The position numbers and the translations under genes are program-made. Below are positions 16,632 to 25,508 of a stretch of DNA of 35,987 nt, piece by piece. Under the pieces are notes generated by a model, which searched no databases, had not been told where the DNA came from, and saw only the letters and a list, made by a program, of their open reading frames with translations. Within the stretch, counting starts at the first letter, position 1; each line of letters begins with the position of its first letter. This DNA comes from a virus, in the IMG/VR virus record IMGVR_UViG_3300045988_152087, positions 1 to 35,987 of that record. The stretch is one strand, 5' to 3'.

Positions 16632-19239
16632 CGGACCTAAGCTCGCAACTGCGTATTACGAGCTCATCGCCGCCGCGCCTGGCGCGGAGAAGCAGATCGC
16701 AGACATCGTCCTCCCGGCCGCCGCTGGTGCAGGGTCCGAGGCGGGCAAGGCCGCTGGCGAGGCCATCGGCGCCGGCGGCGCAGACGGCGGGTCGAAGTTC
16801 GGCGGCCTCTTCGGGGAGAACCTGAAGGCGGCGATCAATCCCACACTGATCGCTGCCGCGCTTGGCGCCGCCGCCGTTGGCGTGGGCAAGGCCCTGTACG
16901 ACATCGGGGCCGAGTTCGACGGGATGTCCGACACCATTCGAGCGGGCACCGGAGCCACGGGGGAGGCGCTGGAGAGTCTGGAGAAGAGCGCCCAGAAGGT
17001 CGCCACGACGGTGCCGACATCCTTCGAGGACGCAGGCCAGACGGTCGCGGACCTGAACACTCGACTGGGCTTGACTGGTGATGAGCTTGAGACAGTAGCC
17101 TCGCAGGTCATCGCAGCTGGTGACCTCTTCGGCGAGAAGCTCGACATCAACAAGCTCTCCTCTGCGATGTCCGCCTTCGCCATCCCGGCCACGGAGACGT
17201 CTGAGGTGATGGATGAGCTGTTCCGTATCAGCCAGGCCACCGGCGTGTCGATGAATACGCTGGCCGAGTCGTCTGCGAAGGCTGCACCCACGCTCGGCAA
17301 CCTTGGCTTCGACATCGAGGATGTCGCCACTCTGGTCGGTCGTCTCGACAAGGCGGGGCTCAACTCAACGGCCACCATCCAGGCCATGGGGAAGGGCATG
17401 GTCTCGCTGGCTAAGGACGGCGAGGCGCCCAAGGACGCATTCAACCGCGTCATCGGGGAGATCGACAACCTGGTCAAGTCAGGTGACGAGGCCGCAGCGC
17501 TCACTCAGGCCGGCAAGATTTTCGGAACCAAGGGCGCGCCCCAGTTCCTCGAGGCGCTGAAGTCCGGTGCGTTCGACCTGAACACCCTTCGAGAGTCCAT
17601 CGGCGCCACGGGTGACACCATCCTCGGCGTCCAGGCGGACACCGCCGACGGCCCCGAGAAGTTCCAGATCGCGGTGAACAAGGCCAAGCTCGCGCTACAG
17701 CCGCTCGCTGCGACGGTCTTCGACGGCGTGGCTCAGGCTCTCGACTGGATCACGCCGAAGATGGAGGCGTTCATCGCCTGGGCGCAGGAGAACCCCGAGC
17801 TCATCAAGGGGATCGCTATCGCGCTCGGCGTTCTGTCCGCGGCGATCTTCGTCGCGGCCGCCGCGCAGTGGGTGATGAACAGCGCCCTGCTGGCGTCCCC
17901 GATCACCTGGATCATCATCGGCATCGGGGCGATCATCGCCGCCATCGTCCTGCTCGTCGCCAACTGGGACTCCGTTTGGCCGGTTCTGGTCGGCGCCTGG
18001 GATGCCATCGTGGCGGCGTGGAACGTCGCGTGGGAGTGGATCAAGGGATTCTTCTCCGGCCTGTGGGAGAGCGTCACGACGTTCGTCTCTGGCATCCCAG
18101 AGGCGATCATGAACTTCCTGTCCGGGGCATGGGACACCATCACGGGGTTCTTCTCCCAGATGTGGGAGGGGTTCGTCACCTTCATCACCGGCATCCCCGA
18201 CATGATTATGAACGGCCTGGGGACGATATGGGACCTGCTCGGCCAGACGTGGTCGGCGTCCTGGGAGGCCATCAAGGCCATCCTCTACGGCGCCCTCGTG
18301 GGTCTCCTGTTCATCCTCATCGGTATTCCGCAGATCGCGTGGAAGTTCCTCACCGAGCTGTGGAACGACCTGCCGGCGATCTGGGCCGCGGTATGGAACG
18401 GAATCACGACGTTCTTCTCCAACGTGTGGAACGGTCTGGTGAACACCGTCAAGTCCGTAGGGTCCGCGGCTGTCAACTTCGCCGTGAGCATGTGGAACGC
18501 CATCCCGGGCGTGTGGAACTCCATCTGGAACGGCATCACATCGTTCTTCTCCAACGCCTGGCATGGGCTCTTGAGCACGGCCAGCAGTATCGGGTCCAGC
18601 ATCGTCAACTTCGTCTCCAACCTGTGGAACTCGATCCCGGGGCTGTGGAACTCGGCGTGGAACGGGATCAAGAGCCTCGTGACCAGCGCCATGACGGGGA
18701 TGTGGAACGGAGTCAAGGAGATCGGCTCCAGCATGCTCGACTGGTTCCGCCAGCTCCCACAGAACATCATCAACATGTTCAGCAACGCCGGGAACTGGCT
18801 GGTCAACGCTGGAAAGAACATCATCAACGGGTTCCTGAACGGGCTGAAGTCCGCATTCACTCAGGTCCAGGACTGGGTCGGTGGCATCGGTGACTGGATC
18901 GCCGAGCACAAGGGCCCGCGGGCCTACGACCTCAGGCTGCTGGTCCCGGCCGGTGGCTGGATCATGGATGGTCTTCAGACCGGTCTGAAGGGCGCCATGC
19001 CCGAGCTGGAGCGGACGATGCGGGACATCACCAACGGGGTCAAAGTCGGGTTCGAGGACCCGGCCGCGCGCACGGCCTGGAAGGTCAGTCGAGGCTTCAA
19101 CCCTGACGTCGAGCTAGGTGCTGTGGCACCCGGGGGCGTCGCCCCCACGATCAACATCACGAACAACTACCCGCAGAAGCAGGAGGACTGGAAGACAAGG
19201 AACGACGTCGCGCAGGGCATCGCCCTGGCCCTGTCCTAA
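16624..19239 (+). CDS. Tape measure protein
   Basis: 871 aa with a Gly/Ala-rich N-terminus and TM helices. Repeated Trp-rich blocks FFSNxWNGL...NFVSNLWNSIPGLWNS are typical of actinophage TMPs. Confidence 0.85.
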   Translation: MADGPKLATAYYELIAAAPGAEKQIADIVLPAAAGAGSEAGKAAGEAIGAGGADGGSKFGGLFGENLKAAINPTLIAAALGAAAVGVGKALYDIGAEFDGMSDTIRAGTGATGEALESLEKSAQKVATTVPTSFEDAGQTVADLNTRLGLTGDELETVASQVIAAGDLFGEKLDINKLSSAMSAFAIPATETSEVMDELFRISQATGVSMNTLAESSAKAAPTLGNLGFDIEDVATLVGRLDKAGLNSTATIQAMGKGMVSLAKDGEAPKDAFNRVIGEIDNLVKSGDEAAALTQAGKIFGTKGAPQFLEALKSGAFDLNTLRESIGATGDTILGVQADTADGPEKFQIAVNKAKLALQPLAATVFDGVAQALDWITPKMEAFIAWAQENPELIKGIAIALGVLSAAIFVAAAAQWVMNSALLASPITWIIIGIGAIIAAIVLLVANWDSVWPVLVGAWDAIVAAWNVAWEWIKGFFSGLWESVTTFVSGIPEAIMNFLSGAWDTITGFFSQMWEGFVTFITGIPDMIMNGLGTIWDLLGQTWSASWEAIKAILYGALVGLLFILIGIPQIAWKFLTELWNDLPAIWAAVWNGITTFFSNVWNGLVNTVKSVGSAAVNFAVSMWNAIPGVWNSIWNGITSFFSNAWHGLLSTASSIGSSIVNFVSNLWNSIPGLWNSAWNGIKSLVTSAMTGMWNGVKEIGSSMLDWFRQLPQNIINMFSNAGNWLVNAGKNIINGFLNGLKSAFTQVQDWVGGIGDWIAEHKGPRAYDLRLLVPAGGWIMDGLQTGLKGAMPELERTMRDITNGVKVGFEDPAARTAWKVSRGFNPDVELGAVAPGGVAPTINITNNYPQKQEDWKTRNDVAQGIALALS

Positions 19240-19251
19240 TAGACTGGGGTC

Positions 19252-20064
19252 ATGCCCAACGACACGTACTCAATTGATGGCGTCCCGCTGGATGATCCGG
19301 CGGGACGCTGGCGACTCACGGAGAAGACCGAGCTCCCACAGTGGGGGTCGATGGTCTCTCCCAGCGTCAAGGTGCCTCGCTACGACGGCGTGCTCGCGCT
19401 CGCCCCGATGGCGGCCGGCGTCTCCACGGTGAAGCTGGAGCTGCTCATCCTCGCAGCCCACCAGACCGCTGGGCTGCGTACCCTGCGCCACATCACGGGC
19501 GCTCGGTCGCTGCACACCATGGGCTGGACCCGCCGCGACGGTGAAGAGCTTGAGGCGCTGGTGCGCGTGTCGAGTTCGGTGTCTGCAAAGCCCAAGGGCA
19601 TCGACGGCGACCTGCTGGTCTCCTTCACCCTCGAGGCCGTCAACGGCGAGTGGCGACGGAAGACAGCCGAGCGCGTTGACACGGTGACGAACGGCCGCAA
19701 GTCCTTCCCGATCATCTCTGGCAAGGATGCCATCGCCACCCACATCGCGGTCAAGGCCGACACCGACGGTGGCGCCGTCGAAGTTCGGGACACCATCGGT
19801 GGGTCGGTCCTGAGCGTTGGCCGCGTGCCGAGCCAGCAGTGGCTCGTCATCAACACCGAGGAGTGGGACGTCCGCACCGTGCCGCAGGGGCGGGAGCGGA
19901 CCGCCGGGGAGGACGACCCCAGCACCATGCCGGTGGCACAGAGGTCGGTGCCTACGCTGTCGATCTCACCCGGCGGGTTCCGCCTCATGCAGCGGGACAA
20001 CGGCGATGGCGTCATCGAGGTCAACGGCGGTTCCGCGATCCTGTGGTGGAGGGGGGCGTACTGA
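19252..20064 (+). CDS. Distal tail protein (Dit-like, putative)
   Basis: 270 aa immediately after the TMP. Confidence 0.5.
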   Translation: MPNDTYSIDGVPLDDPAGRWRLTEKTELPQWGSMVSPSVKVPRYDGVLALAPMAAGVSTVKLELLILAAHQTAGLRTLRHITGARSLHTMGWTRRDGEELEALVRVSSSVSAKPKGIDGDLLVSFTLEAVNGEWRRKTAERVDTVTNGRKSFPIISGKDAIATHIAVKADTDGGAVEVRDTIGGSVLSVGRVPSQQWLVINTEEWDVRTVPQGRERTAGEDDPSTMPVAQRSVPTLSISPGGFRLMQRDNGDGVIEVNGGSAILWWRGAY

Positions 20065-22202
20065 TGGTGAGCACCGGAAGGCCGAAGATGATGCTGCGCG
20101 CCGTCGCCTACGGCGCCTACGGCGGGGACCGCATCGGGGTGCTGCACCACGCGACGAAGATCAGCCTGACCACCTCCATCTCAGGGGTTCCGACGCTGAA
20201 GCTCACCCACACTGAGGAACCGAACCCGGCACTGGAGGAGGAGAACGAGGTCGCCGTTGAGGTGACCTTCGACGGGGGGCGAACCTGGTCCGAGCCCGCC
20301 GGCGGGCGGTTCCTCATCCGCAAGGCCACGTGGAACCTCCTGTCCGACGGCACGAAGTCCCGCACGATCGACTGCGTGCACATCAGCGCCCGGCTGAAGC
20401 AGGCCCTCGTCTGGGAGGAGAACTTCCGGCTGCGCAAGGACCCCAACAAGCCCGCGCAGGGGAACTCCACCACAGACGTCCCGGCAGACCTGGTGATACA
20501 GACCTGGCTGAAGGCCCAAGATCGTGGGTGGGGGCGCGGGCTCACCTTTAAGGGGGCACCTGCGGCCGACGCCAACGGAAACGCTTGGACCAAGTACCCA
20601 TCAGTCAAGGGCATGGAGGTGAAGTGGACCTCCACACTCTGGTCCCTGCTCGAGAGCTTCCAGAAGATCGGGGCGCTCCAGCCCCGCTGGGAGGGCCGTC
20701 AGCTCGTCCTGGTGCCTCCGGTGAACAAGCCGCTGGAGTCACTGCACCCGAAGCGCTGGCCGGCCGGGCGAACCAGCGGGGGAACCAACTCCTTGTCGTG
20801 GGCAGACATTGCCACCGCAGTCCACGTCCTCGGGAAGGATGGCGTCCGGTTCAAGGTGCCGGTGCCGACGGACCCCAACTTCGACCCCCGCGAGGGGCGG
20901 GAGATTTCCCTGGAGGCCAACTGGGTCGAGACTCAGAGCGACGCCGCGACGGCCGCCCAGGAGGCGCTCCTGGAGAGGTCCCGCCCCAAGGAGGAGATCG
21001 TCAGGGACTGGCAGGCGGACCAGCCCGGGTGCTTCCTGCCCTGGGTGGACTACAACGTCGGGGACTGGTTCTGGGTCGAGCACGCCGCAGGTCGGGACCA
21101 GTGGCTCCGTGTCAGTCAGATTCAGGTTGACTACGCGGAGGGCCGGTGCTCCGGCTCGACGATCTTCGGGACCATGATCGCCAACGCGCAGACGCGGCTC
21201 GCCCAGGAGGTCGCAGCGTCGAAGCTCTCCACGGGGACGGCAGCGGCGTCAACGGCGGAGCCGGTCCGATCCCGGTCCACTCAGAACAAGGTCGCGCAGA
21301 CGCCGGCGGTGATCCGGTCCAACACGCTGGAGGTGAAGGGCACGGTCACGGACACCGGGTCCGGGCTCGAGACCCTGGTGGAGATGTCGTGGCCAGCCCC
21401 GAAGCTCGATGCCAATGGGGTCGAGCTGAAGGACAAGATCGTCGAGTACCGCGTGCGCATCGCCCGCGTGCGCAACTTCGAGGTGAATGGGACCAAGGAG
21501 TGGCTCGAGGAGACTCAGCTTGTCACCACGGCGAACAAGGTCGCGTGGGGGAGCGCGGAGCTCGGCGTCCGGTATCTGTTCTGGGTTCAGGCACGTACCG
21601 ACAAGCGCATCCCGAGTGACTGGGACGAGTCTGGGCGGATGCTCCGGCTGGAGTGGACTCAGCCGCCGACACCAGAAGCATCCAGGCCGACTGTCCGGTC
21701 CCAGATGGGAGTTGCCACGGTCTTCTTCAACGGGACGACGGCGAATCGACAGCCGGCTCCGTGGTGGGCGAACCGCTGGCAGGTGTCGATCCACCTAGCC
21801 AACACGGCTGAGCCGCCCACCGGGTGGCGGCCGACGGGCAGTGTCTACGACAAGAGCGTCACGGAGGCTCAGGCGGCGCTGGACCCGGGGGAGAAGTACA
21901 ACTTCCGGGTGCGCCTGCTCGCGCAGGACGGTAAGCCTGGGCCCTGGTCACGGCCGTTCCCGCACACCGTGGCTTCGGCGATTGACACCGAGGCGCTGGT
22001 GAAGAAGCTCACCGGCTCACAACAGCTCATCGACGGCGCCAAGGCCGCTATCGACAAGGACCTGCGGGCGATCCGTGAGGCGCAGGAGAGGCTCGCAGGG
22101 GCGATGTGGGGCGGGCAGTACCCACCCGACGAGGGCACGCCGGGGGAGTCGCTGTGGCTCGACCCGTTTGGTGACGTCTACCGGATGAAGAGCCACTACT
22201 GA
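20064..22202 (+). CDS. Tail-associated/minor tail protein (Tal-like, putative)
   Basis: ATG 20064 overlaps the upstream stop (ATGA). 712 aa after Dit. The ORF-track start at 19839 is rejected. Confidence 0.5.
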   Translation: MVSTGRPKMMLRAVAYGAYGGDRIGVLHHATKISLTTSISGVPTLKLTHTEEPNPALEEENEVAVEVTFDGGRTWSEPAGGRFLIRKATWNLLSDGTKSRTIDCVHISARLKQALVWEENFRLRKDPNKPAQGNSTTDVPADLVIQTWLKAQDRGWGRGLTFKGAPAADANGNAWTKYPSVKGMEVKWTSTLWSLLESFQKIGALQPRWEGRQLVLVPPVNKPLESLHPKRWPAGRTSGGTNSLSWADIATAVHVLGKDGVRFKVPVPTDPNFDPREGREISLEANWVETQSDAATAAQEALLERSRPKEEIVRDWQADQPGCFLPWVDYNVGDWFWVEHAAGRDQWLRVSQIQVDYAEGRCSGSTIFGTMIANAQTRLAQEVAASKLSTGTAAASTAEPVRSRSTQNKVAQTPAVIRSNTLEVKGTVTDTGSGLETLVEMSWPAPKLDANGVELKDKIVEYRVRIARVRNFEVNGTKEWLEETQLVTTANKVAWGSAELGVRYLFWVQARTDKRIPSDWDESGRMLRLEWTQPPTPEASRPTVRSQMGVATVFFNGTTANRQPAPWWANRWQVSIHLANTAEPPTGWRPTGSVYDKSVTEAQAALDPGEKYNFRVRLLAQDGKPGPWSRPFPHTVASAIDTEALVKKLTGSQQLIDGAKAAIDKDLRAIREAQERLAGAMWGGQYPPDEGTPGESLWLDPFGDVYRMKSHY

Positions 22203-22238
22203 CCGATACGCTAGAAGCACCTACTGACAGGAGGAACC

Positions 22239-23129
22239 ATGACCAACTCCGCTGTGACCGACGTCCAGTGGTCCCCCAACTACTCCAGCGGCCGCCCCTA
22301 CGGCGACGTTGACTCCATCACGATCCACCACTGGGGCGTCGATGGGCAGTCTCACCAGAACGTGGTGAACTACCTCTGCCGTGAGGACGGCAACTCCAGC
22401 GCTCACTACGTCGCCTCAGCCGGCCGCGTGACTCAGCTGGTCCACGACTACGACCGCGCGTGGCACGCAGGCCCCGGCGGCAACCCCCGCTCCATCGGCA
22501 TCGAGTGCCGGCCGGAGATGACCGACGGCGACGTGGCGACCGTGATCGGCCTGATCCAGGCGATCCGCGCCGAGCACGGCCCGCTCCCCATCGTGGGCCA
22601 CCGCGATTGGATGAACACGGACTGCCCCGGCCGTTGGTACTCGCACCTGTCCGAGCTGTCCAACGGCTCGGGCTTCGCAGCCGCGCAGTCCCCTGCGCCG
22701 GTGAAGGACGTGAACCCCTACACAGGCAAGTGGAACAAGTCCGACGGCCAGGGCGAGCTCCGGTGCACCGGTGTCTTCGGCATGGCGACCATCGGCCGGC
22801 TTCAGCAGGTCATGGGCACCACGGTTGACGGTGTGCTTGACGAGGACGGCTCTCCCGCCATCGAGCGGTTCCAGGCGTTCCTCAACTCGGCCGTGCCGGC
22901 GGACACTCAGATCGCGCTGAACGACGCCCCGGCGCTGGAGACCGACGGCATCCTGGGGCCGAACACCTGGCGGACGTTCCAGTACCTCGTGATCGCCTGG
23001 CACCGCGAGTACTTGCCTGCTGGCTGGGACTTCACCGACTGGGTTGACGGCGAGCCCGGCACCGCCACGATTGGGGCGCTCCAGCGGGCGCTGAACAACT
23101 CCAAGTCCGGGTCTGGCAAGCTCTGGTGA
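22239..23129 (+). CDS. Endolysin: N-acetylmuramoyl-L-alanine amidase (amidase_2/PGRP) + C-terminal peptidoglycan-binding repeats
   Basis: ITIHHWG...SAHY...GHRDWMNTDCPG are the Zn-amidase_2 signatures. Three PG_binding_1-like repeats follow (ATIGRLQQVMG..VDGVLD, GILGPNTWRTFQYL, TATIGALQRALN). RBS is caggagg. Confidence 0.85.
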   Translation: MTNSAVTDVQWSPNYSSGRPYGDVDSITIHHWGVDGQSHQNVVNYLCREDGNSSAHYVASAGRVTQLVHDYDRAWHAGPGGNPRSIGIECRPEMTDGDVATVIGLIQAIRAEHGPLPIVGHRDWMNTDCPGRWYSHLSELSNGSGFAAAQSPAPVKDVNPYTGKWNKSDGQGELRCTGVFGMATIGRLQQVMGTTVDGVLDEDGSPAIERFQAFLNSAVPADTQIALNDAPALETDGILGPNTWRTFQYLVIAWHREYLPAGWDFTDWVDGEPGTATIGALQRALNNSKSGSGKLW

Positions 23130-23138
23130 CCCGGTAGC

Positions 23139-23165
23139 CTTGTCTGTATGGCTGATACAGACAAG
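23139..23165 (+). promoter_or_regulatory. Perfect 11-bp hairpin sequestering the start codon of the 23148 fibre gene
   Basis: cttgtctgtat (23139-23149) pairs with atacagacaag (23155-23165) across a 5-nt loop. ATG 23148-23150 sits in the stem/loop boundary, directly after the lysin stop. Confidence 0.5.
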
Positions 23166-24068
23166 ACACCCGAAGCGCCGTCCGCCATCGAGGTGGGCGG
23201 CGCTTCTGTACCTTCGCAGATCACGATCAACATCGGTGGCGCTTCGTCCGCCCCGGCCCCGCAGAAGCCGGTGGACCTGAGCGGCTACGTCCGCAAGGAG
23301 GATCTCCCGGCTGCACCGGACCTCAGCGGCTATGTCCGCAAGGAGGAACTCCCGGCTGCACCGGACCTCAGCGGCCTGGTGCGGAGGACCGAGCTCGACG
23401 AGACGCTGAAGGGCTTCACCAAGGCGTCCCAGACGGCCGCGATTGCCGACTCCATCCGGGCCACCCGAGCCAAGGCGGAGTCAACGGCGGCGACGGCGGA
23501 GGGGGTCGCCAAGGACATCGCCGCCACGCACGCCGCGGTGGTGGACCTGACCCGGCAGCCTCGCATCGTACGCCTCGACACGGGGGCTCCGGTGCCAGCC
23601 GGCACACCCCGCGGCGCCCTGATCTTCCGCACGGACAAGCCGCTGTCCTCCTCGGACCGGGAGTTCCCCCCGCTGAACGAGTGGTCACTGCTCAACGTCA
23701 CGGCCGAGCCAGACGGATACCACCTTCCCGGCGTCGGAGGCACCATCGTCCCGAAGGTGGACCAGATGAAGCCCTCCGACGGCCAGTGGGAGATCACGCT
23801 CACGTACTCGTGGCACGGCAACTTCGGCGAGCCGGAGATGACGTCCTATGTGTACAACGGCCGAACGTTCGAGGAGTTCGGAGTCACCAAGCTGGATCAG
23901 GGAGCCAAGCTGGCTGACTGGACGCTGAAGGCCGGAGACCGGGTGACCGCGAAGCTGACGGTGACGCCCCGCGAGGATGGGAACGCGACGTCGCTGTGGG
24001 CGCCCTGGATCGAGGCGCCGGCGAACGGCTTCGTGGTCCACGACGTCACGGTGCGCCGGGTGGCCTAG
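23148..24068 (+). CDS. Tail fibre-like protein with DLSGYVRKE(D/E)LPAAP x3 repeats
   Basis: 306 aa. The repeats are fibre-type, and a beta-rich C-terminal domain follows. Confidence 0.5.
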   Translation: MADTDKTPEAPSAIEVGGASVPSQITINIGGASSAPAPQKPVDLSGYVRKEDLPAAPDLSGYVRKEELPAAPDLSGLVRRTELDETLKGFTKASQTAAIADSIRATRAKAESTAATAEGVAKDIAATHAAVVDLTRQPRIVRLDTGAPVPAGTPRGALIFRTDKPLSSSDREFPPLNEWSLLNVTAEPDGYHLPGVGGTIVPKVDQMKPSDGQWEITLTYSWHGNFGEPEMTSYVYNGRTFEEFGVTKLDQGAKLADWTLKAGDRVTAKLTVTPREDGNATSLWAPWIEAPANGFVVHDVTVRRVA

Positions 24069-24077
24069 ACTGGGGCC

Positions 24078-24515
24078 ATGGCCACACGATCGATCACTTT
24101 CATCTCGCCTGCGGCGGGCTGGGTTCAGGTCTCTCCTGTCCTGCCCGCCGCAGGCGGCGTTGACGTTACGAACCTCCCCGATGTAGCTCTCCGTGAGACG
24201 CCTGGGCGAGGCACCTACTTCATCACCTGGGACGATGAGGGCTGGCGCGACTGGTCTGCCTCGGGTGCTGTCAGCGATGGCGGCTCGGTGCAGACCACCA
24301 GCGACCTGACTCCCGCCGGCATTCAGGCGATGCTTGAAGCCTCGGCCGCGGGGACCTCCGCGAAGCCGAGCGGCGGGGCTGGCTCTCCCGGTCCAGCGGG
24401 GCCTCCTGGGCGCCCCGGTGATGCGGGCCCGAGCAACCTGATGGTGCTGGAGAAGACTCAGCCCGTCCCGCCCGGAACGCCGGCTAACACAGTCCTGGTT
24501 CGGAAGGCGGTCTAA
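24078..24515 (+). CDS. Collagen-like repeat protein (tail fibre component, putative)
   Basis: GGAGSPGPAGPPGRPGDAGPS is a G-X-Y run. The start codon sits in the centre of the palindrome GGCCATGGCC. Confidence 0.45.
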   Translation: MATRSITFISPAAGWVQVSPVLPAAGGVDVTNLPDVALRETPGRGTYFITWDDEGWRDWSASGAVSDGGSVQTTSDLTPAGIQAMLEASAAGTSAKPSGGAGSPGPAGPPGRPGDAGPSNLMVLEKTQPVPPGTPANTVLVRKAV

Positions 24516-25018
24516 TGGCAGACTCCGTTCTTCCCGCATTCGGGAGCTGGTGGCAGTCAGCCAGCCGCATCGTGGCAGACGGCACCATGCTCCCCGCGGG
24601 CGCCTCCTCGACGCCTTATGACAGCAACGCCGTCCCGGTTGGGTCGAAGCGGTGGAGTGTCGAGCTGACGTACACCACCACCACTGCGGCGACTCTCTCG
24701 ATCCGGCACAGCCACTTCAACGCCGGCAAGTCGAAGGTCAGGCAGACGGTGATTGACGACTTCCCGCTCTCGGTGGGCCGCCTCGTCACGCGCCGTATCG
24801 ACTTCCTCCTGTCTGACACGGATCAGCCGAACTGGCTTCCGTCGCTCGCCGCGGTCGGTGGCGATATCACGATCAATGCGGTCAGCGTCTACGAGACTCC
24901 GGCGCCTGCGGGCCCCACCATCACGGTGTGGGACGGCCGCAAGGAGGTCCAGGCCACGATCTCGGTGTGGGACGGCCGCAAGGAGGTCGCCTGCAGCGTT
25001 GAGGTCTTCACCGGCTAG
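24515..25018 (+). CDS. Hypothetical protein (fibre/receptor-binding accessory?) with internal 33-bp duplication (WDGRKEV x2)
   Basis: 167-aa ORF with ATGA overlap upstream. A direct repeat lies at ~24928-24990. Confidence 0.45.
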   Translation: MADSVLPAFGSWWQSASRIVADGTMLPAGASSTPYDSNAVPVGSKRWSVELTYTTTTAATLSIRHSHFNAGKSKVRQTVIDDFPLSVGRLVTRRIDFLLSDTDQPNWLPSLAAVGGDITINAVSVYETPAPAGPTITVWDGRKEVQATISVWDGRKEVACSVEVFTG

Positions 25019-25054
25019 ACTGGTCCTCAGCCCGCAAGGCCGAATGGAGGAATC

Positions 25055-25261
25055 ATGCCTGGAAAGCACTCATCTGGTAAGTTCACCTTCACCGCGGATC
25101 AGCGCAAGGCCGCCTATGGCGTCATCGCAGCTGTCTTCTCCCTGGCGGTCGCCTATGGCGTCATCACGGCGGAGAACGCGGATGCAGTCATGCGCGCCCT
25201 GGGGCAGCTCGCTCCGGTCGCCGTTGCACTGTTTGCCCGCCACCACGTCGAGACCGAGTGA
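25055..25261 (+). CDS. Holin-like small membrane protein (2 TM)
   Basis: 68 aa, AAYGVIAAVFSLAVAYGVITAENADAVMRALGQLAPVAVALFARHH, with RBS ggagga. Confidence 0.5.
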   Translation: MPGKHSSGKFTFTADQRKAAYGVIAAVFSLAVAYGVITAENADAVMRALGQLAPVAVALFARHHVETE

Positions 25262-25309
25262 GTCCTTGGTAGGATGATCTCGTGCCCCTCTCGGGGGTCG
25301 GGTTGGGAT

Positions 25310-25348
25310 GCGAATCGCCCTCATCGCTTAGCGGTGGGGGCGATTCGC
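25310..25348 (+). terminator. Hairpin (11-bp perfect stem gcgaatcgccc/gggcgattcgc, 17-nt loop) after the holin-like gene
   Basis: Seen directly. A smaller cccc-tctc-gggg hairpin sits just upstream. Confidence 0.45.
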
Positions 25349-25361
25349 TACGATTGGGGTT

Positions 25362-25508
25362 ATGAACGACCAGCCCAAGATTGACGCCGCCGACATCATC
25401 AACCGCCTCTCCGCTGAGCTCTCGGCCATGACCACGCGGGCCGTGCTCGCGGAGTCGCGTGTCGCCGAGCTGGAGCGCGAGCAGGCTGAAGGCGGCGCTG
25501 AGTCCTAA
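25362..25508 (+). CDS. Small coiled-coil protein (48 aa), not in the ORF track
   Basis: MNDQPKIDAADIINRLSAELSAMTTRAVLAESRVAELEREQAEGGAES. Its TAA overlaps the downstream ATG (TAATG). Confidence 0.4.
   Translation: MNDQPKIDAADIINRLSAELSAMTTRAVLAESRVAELEREQAEGGAES

Noticed and set aside
17695-18909. 404-aa minus ORF and other large opposite-strand ORFs (15194-15889, 19380-20150, 23685-24539, 26099-27109, 5732-6514, 3140-3673)
   Set aside because: High-GC antisense artefacts inside well-supported genes. They have no RBS and no recognisable domains.
24928-24990. Diversity-generating retroelement (template/variable repeat pair) in the fibre region
   Set aside because: Only a 33-bp near-exact tandem duplication is present. 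There is no adenine-specific mismatch pattern and no reverse transcriptase gene anywhere in the window.
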